A stretch of DNA of 61,365 bases, the filler included, from Rhabdomonas costata (Eukaryota): assembly GCA_019059605.1 (NCBI GenBank). It is 22 parts of 22 records of this genome, joined end to end, with 100 filler letters (N's around TTAATTAATTAA, not from the genome) between each part and the next. Parts side by side here need not be neighbours in the genome. Positions count along the whole stretch, not along the records: positions 1 to 2,698 come from JAHMHO010002323.1; positions 2,799 to 5,496 come from JAHMHO010002324.1; positions 5,597 to 8,293 come from JAHMHO010002325.1; positions 8,394 to 11,088 come from JAHMHO010002326.1; positions 11,189 to 13,885 come from JAHMHO010002327.1; 17 more parts are not named here. One strand, 5' to 3'. Below the pieces are notes generated by a model. It was not told the DNA's origin. It was given only the letters and a program-made list of their open reading frames with translations, and did no database searches. The position numbers and the translations under genes were made by a program. Positions 1 through 11,334 of this stretch are shown one piece after another (the first letter of the stretch is position 1; the number at the start of each line of letters is the position of its first letter).

Positions 1-88
1 GTGGTGGGGTAGCTGTCGTGGCGGTGGGGGAATCGGTACACGCTGTTTTGGTTGGACATATTACGTGAATCGTTACTCTGTGCTACAG

Positions 89-2471
89 GTGATCGGTTTT
101 GCCAATCGGCTCAAGGCATTCCCGAACGTGGCGGGCTACAGCGTCATGGAATTTTTGGACGAGGTCTAACCTTCTCTTCTTATCCCTTTCCTGTATGTAC
201 CGTTTTCTGCGTCTCCACTCGCTAAACATTGTTTTTTTTCTGTGCCAGTGGTGGAAAGTCTCTGTAGACTACCAAAACCCGGAGTGCCCCAACCGCCGCG
301 CCGACCTCCACACCATGTGTGCAAACTGGATTCAGAAGGGAGGAGCAAAGCAGGAGGACATTGCCATTCACGAGCGTTGGCTCGGGATGTTTGGCCAGAC
401 CCTGCCGCAGAAGCTGCGCAGTTCGACCCAATACTGCATCCAGCCCAAGAAGCTGTACTACGCCCTGGCCAAGCTGTGGGGCGGAGACACCATCAGCGGC
501 GAGCGCTGCGCCTATCAACGTTACCCTGACCCTCTCGTTTTCATGGTAAGAGCCCTTTCCGCTAAAATCCCACAGTTGCATCTTCTGGCGGGTATCGGAA
601 GCAAGTCTGGTTGCGTCCTTTTCAGGTGGGGCCCATGTTCTTTGCCGTGGTGTGTGAACTGCTCTACTTGATATATTTCAAGCTCATGGGAAAGAAGCCC
701 GCTGACGCGAAGCTGGACCTTCGGCAACGACTCACTTCTGAAGAGCCCGCCGAAAGCACAATTGCGGTTGCTCCTTACCCACTTCTTTTCTCCTTTCCTT
801 TTCTCGTGACAGCCCTTTCTGTCACATCTTCTCTGGCGTTTTTGTTGTCTTGGTATTTCCAACCATGTTTTAGGGTACTGAGGGCCGTGCTCAAGAGGGA
901 ATGTCTGATGCGGAACTGTGGAAAGACATTCCCGGGCGGGACATCATGGGCCGCTTCCAAGCCATTCAGGACCGGGTCAAGGCCGCCTTCGAGCCCTACC
1001 AGCCCCTCGTGGTCCCTGACGGCGAGTCCGGTGATATATATGGGTGCTGCATCCGGCGCATGGCACAGGCTATTTGGGACACGATGCTGGCGATGGATCC
1101 GGACAAGAACAGCGACGTCTCCTCTGAAGAGCTGGAAAACCGGAGCATTCGCCTCGTTTACGTGAGGTGCGTGCGCGCTGCCGCAACGCCACACAGCGGC
1201 TGGGGTGCAGCACCAAGAAAAATTTTACAAGAAGGAGCGCGCGAGAGGGGGGAAAACAAAAGACAATAGAGTGAGAAGGGGGGGGGCAAATAATGCGATG
1301 GTGGAAGAACGTCAAAACGTCATGGGGCGAAACATAAGGAGTGGGAAACCAAAATGGGAAGAACTGGAGGACAACAGAGGGGGCAGACCGATCAGAGCCC
1401 GGGGGGGGAAATCGAAGTTGAAAAATGACAGCAAACGTGCCAAAGAAGGGACATAGTGAAGGGGTGCAAGAATTTGGCGGAGGGGGGGACCAGCAGGAAT
1501 GGGATCTGTGAATAAAATCTCCTTTTCTCTCTCTCTTTTTTTTTAGGTTTGTTTCCTGTGCTGAACAGCTCGCCCTTTACCATCTCGCGCAGGCAAATGG
1601 AGGGTTTCTACGTGTGGAAGCAGCAAGGGGTTCCGCGGACGGATCACGCTGTGCAGGCCACCGGGATTGGCCACGAGGAGCCTCCCACTGCCGAGGGCAT
1701 GCTGGACGACCTCAGCCTGTACGAGATCGTGCGGCTGTACGCCGGAACGATCAACCACTGCCCCGAGAGGACCATGGAAGTGCTGTACTACACCCAACAG
1801 TACCTCCAGAACTGCCGCGGCTCTGCCCTGAACACCACCCGCAGAAACCTGCACTGCCTTCTTCGCGAGCTCTTCAGGATTCTCTACTGCTACATAGCTG
1901 CCCGGGTTTGTGTTGAACTTTGTTCCAGGAAGCAAGGGGGGCCATGATAATGTTGTCGTTTGTTCCTTTGCCCTCCCTTTCCCCTTCATCGGTTCCTTTC
2001 CTGCCCCCTTGTACACCCACGTATGTTCTAGTCATTGCCTCGTTTCCCTCCATTGTCGTTTGCTCCCCACGGCTTTCTCTCGTCACTTGCTTCCTAATTC
2101 CACGCCAATCGAATGTGTGCACAGAAGGACGACACTCGTGCGGTGCTTGCGCAGGTTACTTTGGACGACATCAACGCCGACTCTGTGGTGTTCCGCTCAA
2201 ACCCCATCCCATTCGAGTTGGACTCCCCCCTTCAGCCCCACGAGGAGGATCAGCTCCGGCACTCCTTCACCCCAGAGGTGTACAAGAAGGTCCTGAAGCA
2301 GGTCCAGATCCACCGCTACGTCAGCGACCCCCCTCTGACGGGGTTCACTTCGACCTACCTGGCCTGGACGGACCCCGCCGTGGCCCGGGCCGGGCCCGGA
2401 GTGGACCGTAGCCAGCCCCGCAAGATCATCGCTGAACCCCAAATGCACGAGTACAGGACGCCAACCACGCG
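89..2471 (+). CDS. Internal exons of a large membrane protein: glycoside-hydrolase-like C-terminus, TM helix, then an FKS1/callose-synthase domain-1-like region (candidate beta-1,3-glucan/paramylon synthase)
   Basis: Six phase-compatible GT-AG exons: 89-163, 249-545, 626-766, 874-1166, 1593-1905, 2125-2471. The spliced protein contains GYSVMEFLDEWWKV...HERWLGMFG...PKKLYYALAKLW, a hydrophobic helix (LVFMVGPMFFAVVCELLYLIYF), and DLSLYEIVRLYAGTINHCPERTMEVLYY...LFRILYCYIAAR...VTLDDIN, which resembles FKS1_dom1. The exon structure is well supported; the product is inferred. Confidence 0.55.
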
Positions 2472-2698
2472 GTATGAAGTATAAACGTGTGTTTTGGACT
2501 GCCTTCAGCTCATTCGGACCCACTTAAAAGGCTCTTTGGCCCTCACCGATGTGTGTTCTGCAGAATATCTGGACGTGACGTCACAAAGTTTTATCATCAA
2601 AATTTTGCGGCCAGATGTGAGAGCTGTAGTCGTGGACACTCCCAGCGATAGTATTAGTTATGTGTGTGCCTTCCCCTGTGCCTTTGGGTTCCAACACC

Positions 2699-2798
2699 NN
2701 NNNNNNNNNNNNNNNNNNNNNNNNNNNNNNNNNNNNNNNNNNTTAATTAATTAANNNNNNNNNNNNNNNNNNNNNNNNNNNNNNNNNNNNNNNNNNNN
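2699..2798. other. Artificial contig linker (N44-TTAATTAATTAA-N44), first of 21 identical linkers
   Basis: The same 100-nt spacer, with stops in all six frames, recurs at 5497, 8294, 11089, 13886, 16682, 19474, 22269, 25064, 27856, 30649, 33442, 36236, 39030, 41824, 44615, 47409, 50203, 52994, 55785 and 58575. Contigs are 2690-2698 nt long. Confidence 0.99.
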
Positions 2799-3975
2799 GG
2801 GGGTTTGGTGAAAAGCCGCCGGATGTTCCTGTTTGAGATTAGTTGTGCGACTGGCTTTTTTATGCCTTTTTTTTTACGTCTTTGTTTTTCGACGTCGTCA
2901 TTCACGTCCAGTGGCGGTTTGCCGGAGTCTCTGTTGCCTTGGCTTTTCATGGGCATGGATTGGGTCCATCAAGGAATACTCCAGAGAGGATGAACTTAAT
3001 TTACTTCAACGCCACAGAGTTCTCGGAAGGTCTATCTGCAAAAATAAGACGTGCAGAGGCTATTTTCAACATATGCGTCTGATGAAGAAAGGTTCCCGTA
3101 GGTCAAACCGGTCTGCGTGCTGTCGGCATGGTTTTCGAAGCCGTGCTTCTTTCAGAACGTGATTCCTCTTTTAGTTGAGAATTATTGCCAAACTTTTTTC
3201 CTCTTTTGCGCTTTGCAGTTTTCGAAGTTTTCCCTCAAGGGCGCAGCTGCTCTCAATCAATCAAACAGAAGCTCTCTCCATTCTCCTGTTCATCGTACTG
3301 CATCTCTATGCGTGGTGATGAACAACAAACAAGTGAAAAAACAGAGGGCGTCTTGGTGGCTGCTCCTGGAACTCGTGTTAAATGGGGCAAAACAATCGTG
3401 CGGGCGAAAATGAAGTACAACCGTGGCCAGAAATACGTCCAGAAAGGCATGGCCTTTTGGTGGTGTGAAGTTCTTTCTCTAAAATGCAGTGTTGTTGGTT
3501 GCGGAATACGTGCCAAGAAGGTTGAAAGAAAAATCCGTGGGGCATTTCAAATGCTGCCGCTGGGAAATGGCCGCAGGAGTTCTCTTGTCATTCCGCAGTC
3601 TTTCAACCACATGTTAACAAATGTTATTATGTTGTTAAAAATAACAGCATAATACCATGGAAACCCTTCGTCGGAAAAAGTTGACGGTGACAATTGAGGG
3701 CGACAATTGAGGGGGTGCCGGAAAAAAGGGGGGGGTGTCGTGTGCTGCTTTATCCTACACGAAGTGCTGTGCTCTCTTACACAGAGACCGATGCCAATGT
3801 GCACAAGTTATTTACCTATTAACAAACGCTTGTATCAGGAAGATCTAAACACCTACAGATGCTCTCAAAAGAGGGTTGGACAGAGCAAAAAGAGCGACAA
3901 ACGTCAAGCCCCACTTCAGTCACCACCGCCCTTGAGGAACTGAGAGAACAAGCGACAAAAAGAGAGCAGCGAGAC

Positions 3976-5303
3976 CTCTCCAGGATGGGGGCCACGATAA
4001 CCATCCTGTACTTTGCAGCGTGGGTCTTCAGGAACTCCACCGTGGGCCCATTCTGTATGAGCAAAAGAAGAAAAAGAATTGCTCCCAATCCTCTTCGGAA
4101 GCAGTGGAGTCGGCCAAGAAGCGGCCGTGTCGCTCTGGCACCGTGGCGGACGTGATGTGAACCCGGCATCCCGCTAGGGACCTACGGCCGATGGTGCAAG
4201 GGGGGCCGTGGAAGCACAGACCTCCGCGTCCTCGGACGGAATCCTATGGTCGAAGTATATCTTTCTCAAACATATTTTTCAGCGTCCCTTGCGAGAACCA
4301 GTCCCAACTTCAGCAAAAACTCCTGCATATATATGCCGATTTTACCCCCCGTAGGCAAACGCATTCCCTTACACCCTACACCTCACTGACACCCACACCT
4401 CCGCGTCCTCCGCGAACTCGCACCACGGCGCCTTCTCCCGGGTGCACATCACGAAGGGCATTGCTAGGCACTCCTGCAGCCCCAGCACCTGCACCCCAAG
4501 CGCCCCCGCCGCGTCCAAGATGGGCCCCAGCTTGGCGTAGATCGCCTCGCGCTGCGCTCGGATGGGCTCCGTGGTGGGCACAGCTATGCTATGCTGCACC
4601 GCAGCTACCCTGCACACACCACACGCACAAACAGTCAAAAGGGCAGAGAGCCAGAGGGTGGCCATGTGAGAGCCCGTAATGGGGTTCCGATTCCCATGAG
4701 GACGGAGATCGGAACTTTCTTGAGACGTGAAATATTCGCGTCTTCAGCGATGAACACCCCAGATGCGAATCTTCAGACCAGAAACATGGGTACTGGGTGA
4801 GCGCGCTATATGACAGGAGGGCGGAAAGCATGCTGACGCTTCCGGGCCCCGTTCAGCTGACTTCATCGAGGTAGTGGAGGGGTGGGGGCAGAAATTCAGA
4901 AGCAGTTTTCAAGCCCAAGGGATGGACGTGCATCCAAACATGGCTTGCGGTACACAGGGGTGCCCGTGGTATACATGTGAACATGGGTGCCCGTGGGCAT
5001 GTGTCTGGGTGCATCTGAGTGCGCTTGTGGCACATATGAGGCAAGGCAACGTGAGGACCTGATTACCCGAGGCGGCCTGGTCTGCGGGGTGGTCATCGCG
5101 CTGACTCGGTAGCCCTGCACCTCGAACTGCCCCACAGAGGAGGCCTGCCGCACCCCCGCGGGGATCTCCAGCGCCGCCGCGTTGCCGCCGTATAGCAGCG
5201 CCTCGGCCCGCGCCCTCTTCGCCTCCGGCAGCCCCGACAGCACCTCCTCAAGGCTCTCCAGCGGGGCAACAGGAGCCTGCGGCGGCAGAGCCACTCCCGC
5301 CAT
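3976..5303 (-). CDS. UPB1: Beta-ureidopropionase (nitrilase superfamily), first three exons
   Basis: Exons 5303-5059, 4609-4399 and 4052-3976 splice in frame at GT-AG sites: ...QTRPPRVIRVAAVQHSI...LGLQECLAMPFVMCTREKAPWCEFAEDAENGPTVEFLKTHAAKYRMVIVAPILER. These match the UPB1 motifs QExWxMPFAFCTREKxPWxEFAE and MVIVSPILER. Confidence 0.93.
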
Positions 5304-5597
5304 TGTTTTGTTTTGCTTTGCTCTCTAGTGTGACAGTGGCGCCAAGTGAAGAAGGGGGGAAAAACAGACGCAGATCGCAAGAGTCCGGAATGTCCGAGTC
5401 GGCAACTCAGTGTCTGCTAGTGGGCTGTTGTACAGTCACTCAGCGGAGGAAGGAAGGGAGAAAAAGGATCCGAGGTGACTGGATGACAAACCGCATNNNN
5501 NNNNNNNNNNNNNNNNNNNNNNNNNNNNNNNNNNNNNNNNTTAATTAATTAANNNNNNNNNNNNNNNNNNNNNNNNNNNNNNNNNNNNNNNNNNNNG

Positions 5598-8231
5598 GGT
5601 GGTGTTACTGCAGCTCAGGTTGTGTTTCGGTCCTGCGAGGACATCGCCTTGGCGATGTTTGCCAGGGGGCGAACCTATCTATCTATGGGTGACGTCCGGG
5701 ATGCCTTTGTTCGAAGTCTGCAGTGGCTCACGACCCGCTCCTCTGGCGAAGGGCTGGCCAGCAATGCTGCAGAACGGCCCGAAGAGAAGGAGTTGGTTGA
5801 CGATTTTCTGGTATGCGCGCCTCTGAGGGTTGGCCGGCTTCGGGAGCTAAAGGCCGCGGTGTCGTTCTCCCACCTGAGTATTCAGGAATTCTTCGCGGCC
5901 CATCGCCTCGTAGAGGAGCCCTCCGTGCTGTGCGGCGAGCCAGCTTGCGTTGGCCTGGACCTCCGCATCTGCCCAAGCATCCGCGGCTTCGTCAGGGACT
6001 TGTTTGTGCACCGCACGCCGGAGGAGCAGGCGCGGTGGGTATCCAGCTTGCGTGGGATTGTGGAAGCCACCCGCGGAGACAAGCACTGTGCTGGAGAATC
6101 GCTGAGTAGTTTATGGGGCACGGATGCCGAAGGACGGAAGTGTCGCTCCGCTGCCAATGCAATGACCCTTATTGCAGCTGTGGACCACATCGTCCAGGGT
6201 TGGGACCTGTCAAGGTGCCGCTTTCCCGGTGCCCATCTGGATGGTTTGCAACTTTTGCACAGCAAGTTATGCGGGGCAGACCTTAGCCACTGCGTGCTCA
6301 CCCGGCCTCGTTTCGTGGACGTGGACCTGAGGGATGCTGCACTGGGGGAGGTGTTTTGTGGGGAAGAGGCTCCTCTGCTTGGCCATAACAGGGCTGTTCG
6401 GTCAGTAGCAGTCACACCCGACGGAACGCGCATCGTGAGCAGTGGCGAGGATAAGACAGTCATTTTATGGAACCCGAAAAAGAAGACAGGGGAGAGGAAC
6501 CTTCGGGGGCATGATGGCATAGTTCTGGCCCTGGCGGTGACACCCGATGGAGCTCGGGTTGTAGGTGGAGGCGACGATTGTTGGGTAATGATATGGAATC
6601 TGGAGAGTGGAAGAATGGAGCAGAGTCTCAGAGGCCACGAGGAGACAATCCGGGCTGTTGTGGTGACCGAGGATGGGACTCGCGTTGTGAGCGGCGGTGA
6701 TGATAAAGTGGTGAAGGTTTGGAACCTTCGCTCGGGGAAGGTGGAGCAAACTCTGAAGGGTCACAAAAGTTCCGTGACTGCCTTGGCTGCCTCTGGAACT
6801 CGCATTTTCAGCGGGGACGGGGGTAATCTGATAAAAGTGTGGCTCACAAGCAGCTGGAAGGAGGAACGAAACCTAAAGGGTCACAAGGGAGCCGTAAGGT
6901 CAATGGCAGTGACACCGAATGGTGCTCACCTTGTGAGCTGCGGAGATGACGGTCATATCAAGGTATGGGACTTGAACAGTGGGAAAGAGCAGCGCAGTGT
7001 GTTGGCCCACACCGACATCATCTGGTCGGTGAAGCTCACACCTGATGGCGCCAACGTTTTAAGCGGAAGCTCTGACACCTTGGTCAAGGTTTGGAACTTT
7101 GAGAGTGGCAGAGAAGTGCAATGCTGCCGGGGCCATGATGGTGCTGTTTTTACGGTTAATGTCACCCCAGATGGGGCCCTGCTACTGAGCGGAAGCGAGG
7201 ATAAGTCGGTCAAGCTATGGAGTCTGCAGCGCAGCGAGGAGGAACGTTGCCTTGATGGCCACAAGAGTGCCGTCAATGCAGTTGCCATCACGCCAGACGG
7301 GGTGCGGGGGGTAAGTTGTGGGGATGATGCCACAGTCAAGGTATGGAATCTACAAAGTGGGAGAGCAGAGCGGAACTTTGCAGGCCACACGGGTCACGTG
7401 AAAGCTGTCGTTGTGATGCCAAGTGGCGAGCAAGCGGTAAGCGCCAGCGAGGATAAAACTGTCCGGATTTGGAACTTGAAAAGCGGTGTTGAGGAGCTGA
7501 ACTACCAAGGGCACACCTCGCCGGTTTTAACCTTGGCTACAACACCTAATGGAACGCGTGTGGTCAGTGGAAGCGAAGATGGGACTATTAAGATTTGGAA
7601 CCCTGCGGGTGGCGCGGAGGAGCGAACCCTCACCGCTGGGGATGGGAGCGTTATGGCCCTGGCAGTGTCACCCAATGGGACGCACATTCTCAGCGGAAGT
7701 GGCAACGTGATTAAAATCTGGAGCCTAGCTAGTGGGGAAGAGGTGCAAACCCTTTTGGGGCATACCGATCGTATCTGCTCACTCACACCCACCCCTGACG
7801 GAGCCCGGCTTGTCAGCTGTGGCCAGGACGCGTCGGTCAGGGTATGGAATCTGGATACGTGGGCAGAAGAGAACTGTCTCCGAAGCTCGAATGCCTGGGT
7901 TCTTGGGGTGACTGTGACTGCAGATGGTTCGCAAGCAATAAGCTGTGGCTGCGACGGGTCGGTGAACGTGTGGAACCTTAAAACCAGGCTACTGGAGAGG
8001 ACCTTCCCAAGTCGCAAATGCTCTATAAATGGTGTGGCGGTCACCCCCGACGGCTCCCGAGTTGTGAGCTGTGGCGGGGATAAGACCATCCGCGTGGCTT
8101 CCCTGCATCCCGAAAGTAGTGACTTTCGAACACTGGGCTACGGTGCCCCTATCGTTGAGAGGGTCTTGCTGTCGGAGAACTGTGATGCCCCAACCCTTCT
8201 TCGCGCCGGTCAAGCTCCGCAAGCCGTCTAA
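5598..8231 (+). CDS. STAND (NACHT-type) C-terminal region + pentapeptide repeats + 14 WD40 repeats; 5'-truncated, intronless
   Basis: The frame is open from the contig start. It has the NACHT winged-helix motif SFSHLSIQEFFAA, then an AANAMTLI...DLSRCRFPGAHLDG...GADLSHC pentapeptide block, then 14 WD repeats of the form GHxxxVxxVAVTPDGxRVVSGSxDxTVKVWNL (about 6375-8110). Confidence 0.92.
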   Translation, partial: GGVTAAQVVFRSCEDIALAMFARGRTYLSMGDVRDAFVRSLQWLTTRSSGEGLASNAAERPEEKELVDDFLVCAPLRVGRLRELKAAVSFSHLSIQEFFAAHRLVEEPSVLCGEPACVGLDLRICPSIRGFVRDLFVHRTPEEQARWVSSLRGIVEATRGDKHCAGESLSSLWGTDAEGRKCRSAANAMTLIAAVDHIVQGWDLSRCRFPGAHLDGLQLLHSKLCGADLSHCVLTRPRFVDVDLRDAALGEVFCGEEAPLLGHNRAVRSVAVTPDGTRIVSSGEDKTVILWNPKKKTGERNLRGHDGIVLALAVTPDGARVVGGGDDCWVMIWNLESGRMEQSLRGHEETIRAVVVTEDGTRVVSGGDDKVVKVWNLRSGKVEQTLKGHKSSVTALAASGTRIFSGDGGNLIKVWLTSSWKEERNLKGHKGAVRSMAVTPNGAHLVSCGDDGHIKVWDLNSGKEQRSVLAHTDIIWSVKLTPDGANVLSGSSDTLVKVWNFESGREVQCCRGHDGAVFTVNVTPDGALLLSGSEDKSVKLWSLQRSEEERCLDGHKSAVNAVAITPDGVRGVSCGDDATVKVWNLQSGRAERNFAGHTGHVKAVVVMPSGEQAVSASEDKTVRIWNLKSGVEELNYQGHTSPVLTLATTPNGTRVVSGSEDGTIKIWNPAGGAEERTLTAGDGSVMALAVSPNGTHILSGSGNVIKIWSLASGEEVQTLLGHTDRICSLTPTPDGARLVSCGQDASVRVWNLDTWAEENCLRSSNAWVLGVTVTADGSQAISCGCDGSVNVWNLKTRLLERTFPSRKCSINGVAVTPDGSRVVSCGGDKTIRVASLHPESSDFRTLGYGAPIVERVLLSENCDAPTLLRAGQAPQAV

Positions 8232-8506
8232 CAAAACTGCTGCAGAACAACCAAAGGTGATCCGACAGTTCCCCCAGGGGTGCGCAGGCATGTNNNNNNN
8301 NNNNNNNNNNNNNNNNNNNNNNNNNNNNNNNNNNNNNTTAATTAATTAANNNNNNNNNNNNNNNNNNNNNNNNNNNNNNNNNNNNNNNNNNNNGGGGGGG
8401 GGGGAGGGCGGGCAGTTGAGAGTCAGCCGAGTGCTGCCAATTTATTCAATTTATTCAGGTGTGTTTGGAGATAGGGTTGTGGCGTTTACAGGTTTGTCCC
8501 TTACAG

Positions 8507-10292
8507 GCTTGCTCAGACTTTCGGGACCACAGTCGGACGTATCTCAACTTTGTCGCGCAGCTGACCAAAGACTACACAGAGGTTACGCTCTTGACCAGTT
8601 ACGTTTCCACAATCTAGCGATCTGTCTTGGGAGAACTTGTCATCTGCTTCCTTTGAGTGCATCCGCGCAAACGGTGGCAAGTGCATATGAATTATTCCGA
8701 ATGATTGTGCCCCCCTCCTTTTTTCTTTGCCTGGTTCAATTGTCATTGGCTCTTCACCTTCACTTTCCTGACCCCCTGCTTGTTTGTCTCCCTCCTCTCT
8801 TTGGTCTCTAAGTATTTCCTTCAGCTGTCAAGTGACAAATCTACCCCCCCCCTCTCCACACCATGCTTTTTGCTTTTGAACGTACAACCTCTCCCCTCAC
8901 CTTGCTTTTTGAATTTAAATTGAAATTGATTGTACGATGCTTACAAATTGAAATACCACCTTTGTCCCACATGCCTTTGGTCACATAAAATAAACTGCGG
9001 GCGGTTGAACTGCCTAAGTTCTCAGGAAGCTCATGGCGTGCATGTTTTTGCAGCGCCCCTGGCCCGCCACGGCGCTGCTTTTGCAGTTCTGCTTCCAGCT
9101 GCTCTGGTATCAGGCCAGCAGCCACCGGTGGCCTGCCCCGGTGTGAGTTGGTGTCGCGCATTCCGGTTCTGATTCCGTGCATTCCGGTTTCCGGTTTCTG
9201 GTATAATTCCTTCGGTGTCCAGCGGTCGGCCTTTTCAACTGTGTGTTGCTTGCAACCCGCTGCGTCCGCTTTTTGAATTCGCAGGTTACAAATTCTGTCA
9301 CGCAGGGCAAGGACACAATGAGAAAATGAGAACCACGCACTGGTGCGCACACGGTATCAGGTGGGGAGTGCTGGTTCCAGAGATATGGGGCTGCCCCTGC
9401 TGGATGCCGGGACGTTGAGGGGGGTTTTGGAAAGCGTTCACACGGAGCTGAATCCGATTTCGGTGTGCACACACCTCTTTGCCCTTGAGACTGTGTGTGT
9501 GGGACCTCTCCTATACCCGCGTGCATGTGGGGTGGGGGTGGGGTGCCAAAACCTTCCCACGGCTTCTCATGGTGTTTTCGGTTCGTTAAACGAACGATCC
9601 AAGTTAGCGAGAGCTGAACCTAAACTCCATCCTTCTACCTCTACTCATTTTTTCTCTTTTTTATGGGGATAGGGGTGCGTTCAGCTTTTCAACAGTAATA
9701 CACTGCCACACCTTTTCCGCGATATCTTCGGGGTATCATCACTTGTTATCCTGCGCGAAGCCGTATTTGAGTTTAACAATGAAAATCCCCTGCAGGTGCC
9801 CTCCGGGGTTCCCAGAACAGCACTGTTACGAAGGACAAAAGCTTTCCCTAAACTGGGTAAAGACCGATAAGGCCTTTCTCATTTCAACGTGGACCTTCAC
9901 TACCTAGTTACATCATCAGAGCACAGGATTCCAAATGGAATTTTCAAATGGAGGGTTCAGAGGAAATGAAAAGATTCCGTACTTTTTCGAACGCTGCGCC
10001 GAATAAGTGGTGCCTCACCAGGTGGTTCCCACCACTAACCAAAGTGCGTGTATCGCTGTAGCTGCGCTTATGCCCCGCGTGGTCGCCTTCCTCCCCTTCC
10101 AGGACTGTGTGTGGCGCTGTGGGGTGCCCCTGCTGAGCCTTCTGCAGCTGTGGAGCCGCAAGCGCTGCCCGCCTGCCATCTCGGCGGCGGTCCCCTCGGG
10201 TGCAGCGGCGACTCCGGACAACTTTGCTGCGACAGCAGAGAGCGAGGGCGACCTCTCTGACCTGGAGCCGGACGAGGAGGACCCTGCCTCTG
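8507..10292 (+). CDS. Probable exons of a hypothetical protein
   Basis: Short AG...GT-bounded GC-rich segments, e.g. ACSDFRDHSRTYLNFVAQLTKDYTE (about 8507-8581) and DCVWRCGVPLLSLLQLW...DLEPDEEDPAS (about 10103-10292). No family recognised and the exon chain was not verified. Confidence 0.3.
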
Positions 10293-11334
10293 GTTGGTTT
10301 CTGCCCCTGCATTTGCAATTGTGGGTTCCTTGTTAACGCCTCCTCCTCTCCCCATGGAAAATGCCGAACTGGCCGAACGGGCTGTAGGCACGAAAATTCT
10401 GATCCTTGGTGTTGTTTGGGCGCAGGGTTAGTGTATGCCCTGTTAAGCTGCCGATGCACAGAGTGGTGGCCAAGGCATATTTACCGGTACCCAACTGGCA
10501 TCTAGGGTGTTAGCTTCAGGGCGTTGATGTCCGTGGTGGCCGTCTAGCCTCACATCAAAACCACCCAAAATCCAACCCGCGAGACCAAAGCCTGAAACCA
10601 AACCCAAAACCCGAAGACCTGAAGGCGGACATCATGAAGGCCGGAATTGCTTACCCTCCTGGGGTTCCCCCGAGACTTGGAGTAGAGACCGAAACCAGAA
10701 GACCGAGCCGCAGCTCTCGAATCCACGACACCGAATAGCACCATCCATGGCAACATCCCAACATGAAGGCTCACGACACTGAGTAGCACGAAGGATCACG
10801 CCGAGCCCCACAGCTAAGAAACCAATACCCATATGCAGAAGCGAGAATCGAACCCCGAGACGCGAACCCGCACACCCACACAACACAGCACGCAGACCTA
10901 CAGAGACTGAGGAACACACCACCCACCAAACCGGAAGGCGAAAAACAAACCCCATATACCCACGCGAAGATTCACAGCCGGATGTCACGAAGGCCTCCAT
11001 CATGCCTCACGCGTAGAATGCATGCCCTACTCCCTACCGCTGCATGACCCCTTCGCAGTCATGCTGACCCTGACATCCACCCAACCCCNNNNNNNNNNNN
11101 NNNNNNNNNNNNNNNNNNNNNNNNNNNNNNNNTTAATTAATTAANNNNNNNNNNNNNNNNNNNNNNNNNNNNNNNNNNNNNNNNNNNNGTTTTGTGTAGA
11201 TACCGGCCGTATATCTCCAAAAGAGCTCTCGTCCTGCTAAAAAGTCCTCCCAAAGGGTTTCAGGATCGATACCAGAACCAGAACATACTTCGCGGGGTGT
11301 CAGAGAACAGCAACTAACGTGCTCAGCGAAGGAG

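Noticed and set aside
2743-2754. TTAATTAATTAA recurring every ~2.79 kb as a possible regularly spaced repeat or CRISPR-like array
   Set aside because: It is always embedded in N44 padding and has stops in all six frames, so it is a synthetic linker. The periodicity reflects sorting of contigs by length.
2799-3900. Remaining UPB1 exons or a nested gene in the left part of contig 2
   Set aside because: The expected RKNHIPRVGDFNE and NICYGRHHP motifs were not found and the ORFs there have no recognisable features. It is treated as intron or unknown.
5882-8089. Long antisense ORFs opposite the WD40 gene, and similar ORFs opposite the helicase at 36916-38364
   Set aside because: These are shadow ORFs from GC-rich codon usage on the coding strand and show no recognisable motifs.
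6375-8110. WD40 array as a hypervariable tandem DNA repeat or diversity-generating cassette
   Set aside because: The repeat units are well diverged at nucleotide level, and no near-identical template/variable pair or reverse transcriptase is visible.
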